DNA of 64,000 nucleotides from Phycisphaerae bacterium (GTDB lineage Bacteria; Planctomycetota; Phycisphaerae; UBA1845): NCBI GenBank assembly GCA_029260215.1, contig JAJDDQ010000039.1, positions 48,313 to 112,312 of the forward strand, read 5' to 3'. Shown piece by piece: positions 61,894 to 64,000 of this stretch (position 1 is its first letter; each line of letters starts with the position of its first letter). The notes under the pieces were generated by a model. It saw only the letters and a program-made list of their open reading frames with translations, ran no database searches and was not told where the DNA came from. The position numbers and the translations under genes were made by a program.

Positions 61894-62862
61894 GTGATCA
61901 AAAAGCTTCTGCCCATTCGAGTCGCCTTCGGGAAGAGCACCTTTCTGCGTCGCGAAGCCGTCGAACGCATGATCGATATCGAACTCGCGGGCGGCGAGCG
62001 GGGGATGAATCTCTCCCGGTTCGATGGGCCTGAGTGTTCAGCCGCGGACGTGCTGGACGATGTGCGCACCTATTCGCTGCTGGGTGATCGGCGGGTGGTG
62101 GTGGTTGACGACGCGAATGCATTCATCACCGCCCATCGCAAGACGCTCGAAAAATTTGCGGAATCGCCGCCGGAATCCGGCTGCCTGATTCTGATTTGCG
62201 ATTCGTTTCCCGGCAATACGAAGTTGGCTAAGAAGGTGAAGGCGATCGGCGAATCGCTTGTCTTCGAGCCAGCCAAGGGCAAGCAGCTCGTCAGTTGGAT
62301 CATCCAACGGTGTCAGCAAGCGTACGACAAGAAAATCAGCTACGCGACGGCGACCAGCCTGTTCGAGCACGCGGGTGGATCGGAAGCGTCGCTGGATCAG
62401 GAGTTGGCTAAGCTCTCGCTTTTTGTCGGCGGGAGTCCGGAAATCACACTGGAGTCGGTGGAGTCCCTGGTCGGCACGTATCGCGAGCAGACGATTTTCG
62501 CGGTGCTGGACGCGATGGCGGACGGCAGCGCGAAGAACGCGCTCAACGAATGGCGGCGCGTGTTGGCCACCGATCGCGCGGTGGTGGGTCGGGCGATTGC
62601 GGGGTTGGCTTGGGGTGTGCGACGGTTGCTTGATGCGCGCCGGCGATTCGACGCGGGTGAATCGGTCGGAACGTTGGCACGATCCCTGTGGACCGATCCG
62701 GATGTCCTGACGCGGCGGATGCAAAACGCGACGCTGAAACAGCGAGAGGATCAACTTCTGGATTTGTTGGCGGCTGAAGTCGCGATCAAAACGGGGGCAG
62801 CCACGTTCGGCAATGCCGTTGAGCGATTCATCGTAAAGCACAGTTTGGCGCGAGCTTCATGA
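61894..62862 (+). CDS. holA: DNA polymerase III delta subunit
   Basis: Size and pattern match HolA (LLGDRRVVVVDDANAF...., SLDQELAKLSLFVG....ITLESVESLVG). GTG start 3 nt after the preceding stop. Confidence 0.85.
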   Translation: MIKKLLPIRVAFGKSTFLRREAVERMIDIELAGGERGMNLSRFDGPECSAADVLDDVRTYSLLGDRRVVVVDDANAFITAHRKTLEKFAESPPESGCLILICDSFPGNTKLAKKVKAIGESLVFEPAKGKQLVSWIIQRCQQAYDKKISYATATSLFEHAGGSEASLDQELAKLSLFVGGSPEITLESVESLVGTYREQTIFAVLDAMADGSAKNALNEWRRVLATDRAVVGRAIAGLAWGVRRLLDARRRFDAGESVGTLARSLWTDPDVLTRRMQNATLKQREDQLLDLLAAEVAIKTGAATFGNAVERFIVKHSLARAS

Positions 62863-64000
62863 CCGGACTCAAAACGAATCCATTGGGCGCTCCGACGCGC
62901 TTTACACTGTTCCTGACACTGCTCGGGCTGACCTTGTCCGGTTGCAATTCACCGTTCGGGGAGCAGGCTGCGAAAATTGAGCAAGTCGATCAATCTGCCG
63001 GCTTCACCGGCGCGGACGATGCGGAGGCGGACACGGAGGCTGAAATCGAGCAGTCTGTCGCGGACGCACGGGAGCAGGTGTTGGCTTTCATCGATCGCAT
63101 TGAGCCTCCGGCGGAAGCAGCCGACGCAGCGCAACGTGAGCCATTCGCACCTTCTCCGCGAAATCGAAGTCAGCCGAAAACCGAACAGGTGGAACAACGC
63201 ACGCCCAACCTGACAGTCTCCAATGGACCGATGGCCAACACGGTGCTGCCGTTACTGGAATCACATGAGCAGGCCAAGCAAACACCGACAAAGCCTCGCG
63301 TTGTGCGCGTCTCTGTGCGCGAGACATACGCAAGCGCGCACGAACGCAAACTCGAACCAGAGACGGAAACCGGCCCCCGGTCATTGGCGAATTCAACGCC
63401 CGATGAGCGCGACGGTCGCGACGAGCACCCTTCGATTCATGCGCTCATGTCCCAACTTGAGAAACGTGTGGCAGCCGCTCCGGAAGACGTGGACGCTGCC
63501 TACCGTCTTGCGATGTTGCGACTTGGCGTGGGCGAGCGCATCGACGATTTCCGCGTTCCGAGCGGCGCCTCCGCACGGTCGGCGCAACTCCTGACCAGTG
63601 CGGTCAAAACGGCGGCTGCGATGGGACGAGCCTTGCGCGATCCGACCAGTGAGGCTGACGCCGCTCTTTCGGCGGTGGACACGATGCGGCAAGCCCTGTC
63701 CGGCCCTGCCGGTTTGACCATTCCGACGGTGGCGTTTTGCTCCAACGTGCGCGGGTTCGGGCTGATCGACGAATTGGAGTCCAACACGTTCCGTGCGGGA
63801 TCCGCCAACCAGGCCATCGTGTATTTCACGGTTGAGCATTTCGCATCCGTTCTGGAAAACGGACTCTGGCGCACAGAATTGTCGGAACGGCTGGAAGTCT
63901 GGACCGAAGACGGCGAGATGGTTTGGGAACAAACCGAGCCGCGTATCGAAGATCGTTGCGGGCAACGTCGTCGCGATTTCTTCATCGCCCAACGCATCAT
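62859..64000 (+). CDS. Hypothetical lipoprotein, 5' 380 codons (continues past window end)
   Basis: Not in the ORF track because it is open at the 3' edge. ATG 62859 overlaps the holA stop (ATGA). I translated the whole frame by hand and found no stop. MTGLKTNPLGAPTRFTLFLTLLGLTLSGC gives a lipobox. The long antisense shadow ORFs at 63393-64000 fit a real high-GC gene. Confidence 0.7.
   Translation, partial: MTGLKTNPLGAPTRFTLFLTLLGLTLSGCNSPFGEQAAKIEQVDQSAGFTGADDAEADTEAEIEQSVADAREQVLAFIDRIEPPAEAADAAQREPFAPSPRNRSQPKTEQVEQRTPNLTVSNGPMANTVLPLLESHEQAKQTPTKPRVVRVSVRETYASAHERKLEPETETGPRSLANSTPDERDGRDEHPSIHALMSQLEKRVAAAPEDVDAAYRLAMLRLGVGERIDDFRVPSGASARSAQLLTSAVKTAAAMGRALRDPTSEADAALSAVDTMRQALSGPAGLTIPTVAFCSNVRGFGLIDELESNTFRAGSANQAIVYFTVEHFASVLENGLWRTELSERLEVWTEDGEMVWEQTEPRIEDRCGQRRRDFFIAQRI

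Overview
High-GC (roughly 60%) bacterial chromosomal window. Gene content and repeat types look like Planctomycetota, possibly Phycisphaerae-like; this is inference only, from the DUF1559/H-X9-DG-like domain, an ECF sigma paired with a Ser/Thr kinase, an Hc1 histone-like protein and dnaA without dnaN. The left end carries the canonical minus-strand cluster tRNA-Thr, tuf, rpmG, tRNA-Trp, secE, nusG, rplK, rplA, rplJ, rplL and the start of rpoB. The rest mixes three gene classes. Housekeeping: rpmH, rnc, miaA, mutL, ychF, nadC, surE, a fabZ-like gene, holA and dnaA. Signalling: two ECF sigma/anti-sigma pairs, a GAF sigma54 activator, a REC-GAF-HD-GYP regulator and an RsbW/STAS pair. Envelope: a Mla-like ABC system, an L,D-transpeptidase, a LolA-like protein and a CPBP protease. 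There is also one 1,639-aa secreted metzincin with 8.5 tandem 55-aa Cys-rich repeats. Several real genes are missing from the ORF track: the rpoB 5' end, rpmG, rpmH, a 3'-open lipoprotein gene and two 41-codon peptide genes. Intergenic DNA holds at least five families of palindromic or MITE-like repeats, some with compensatory stem changes. No rRNA, CRISPR array, transposase, integrase or prophage was seen. The most interesting items are: (1) two paralogous unannotated 41-aa peptide genes, each with its own promoter and SD, directly upstream of a CPBP/Abi protease; (2) a partner-switching kinase/STAS pair translationally coupled to mlaEFD; (3) a perfect sigma54 promoter in front of hsp20; (4) an anti-sigma factor fused to a pseudopilin-like H-X9-DG body; (5) the repeat families, including elements bounded by TAACAGGTCAGC inverted repeats.
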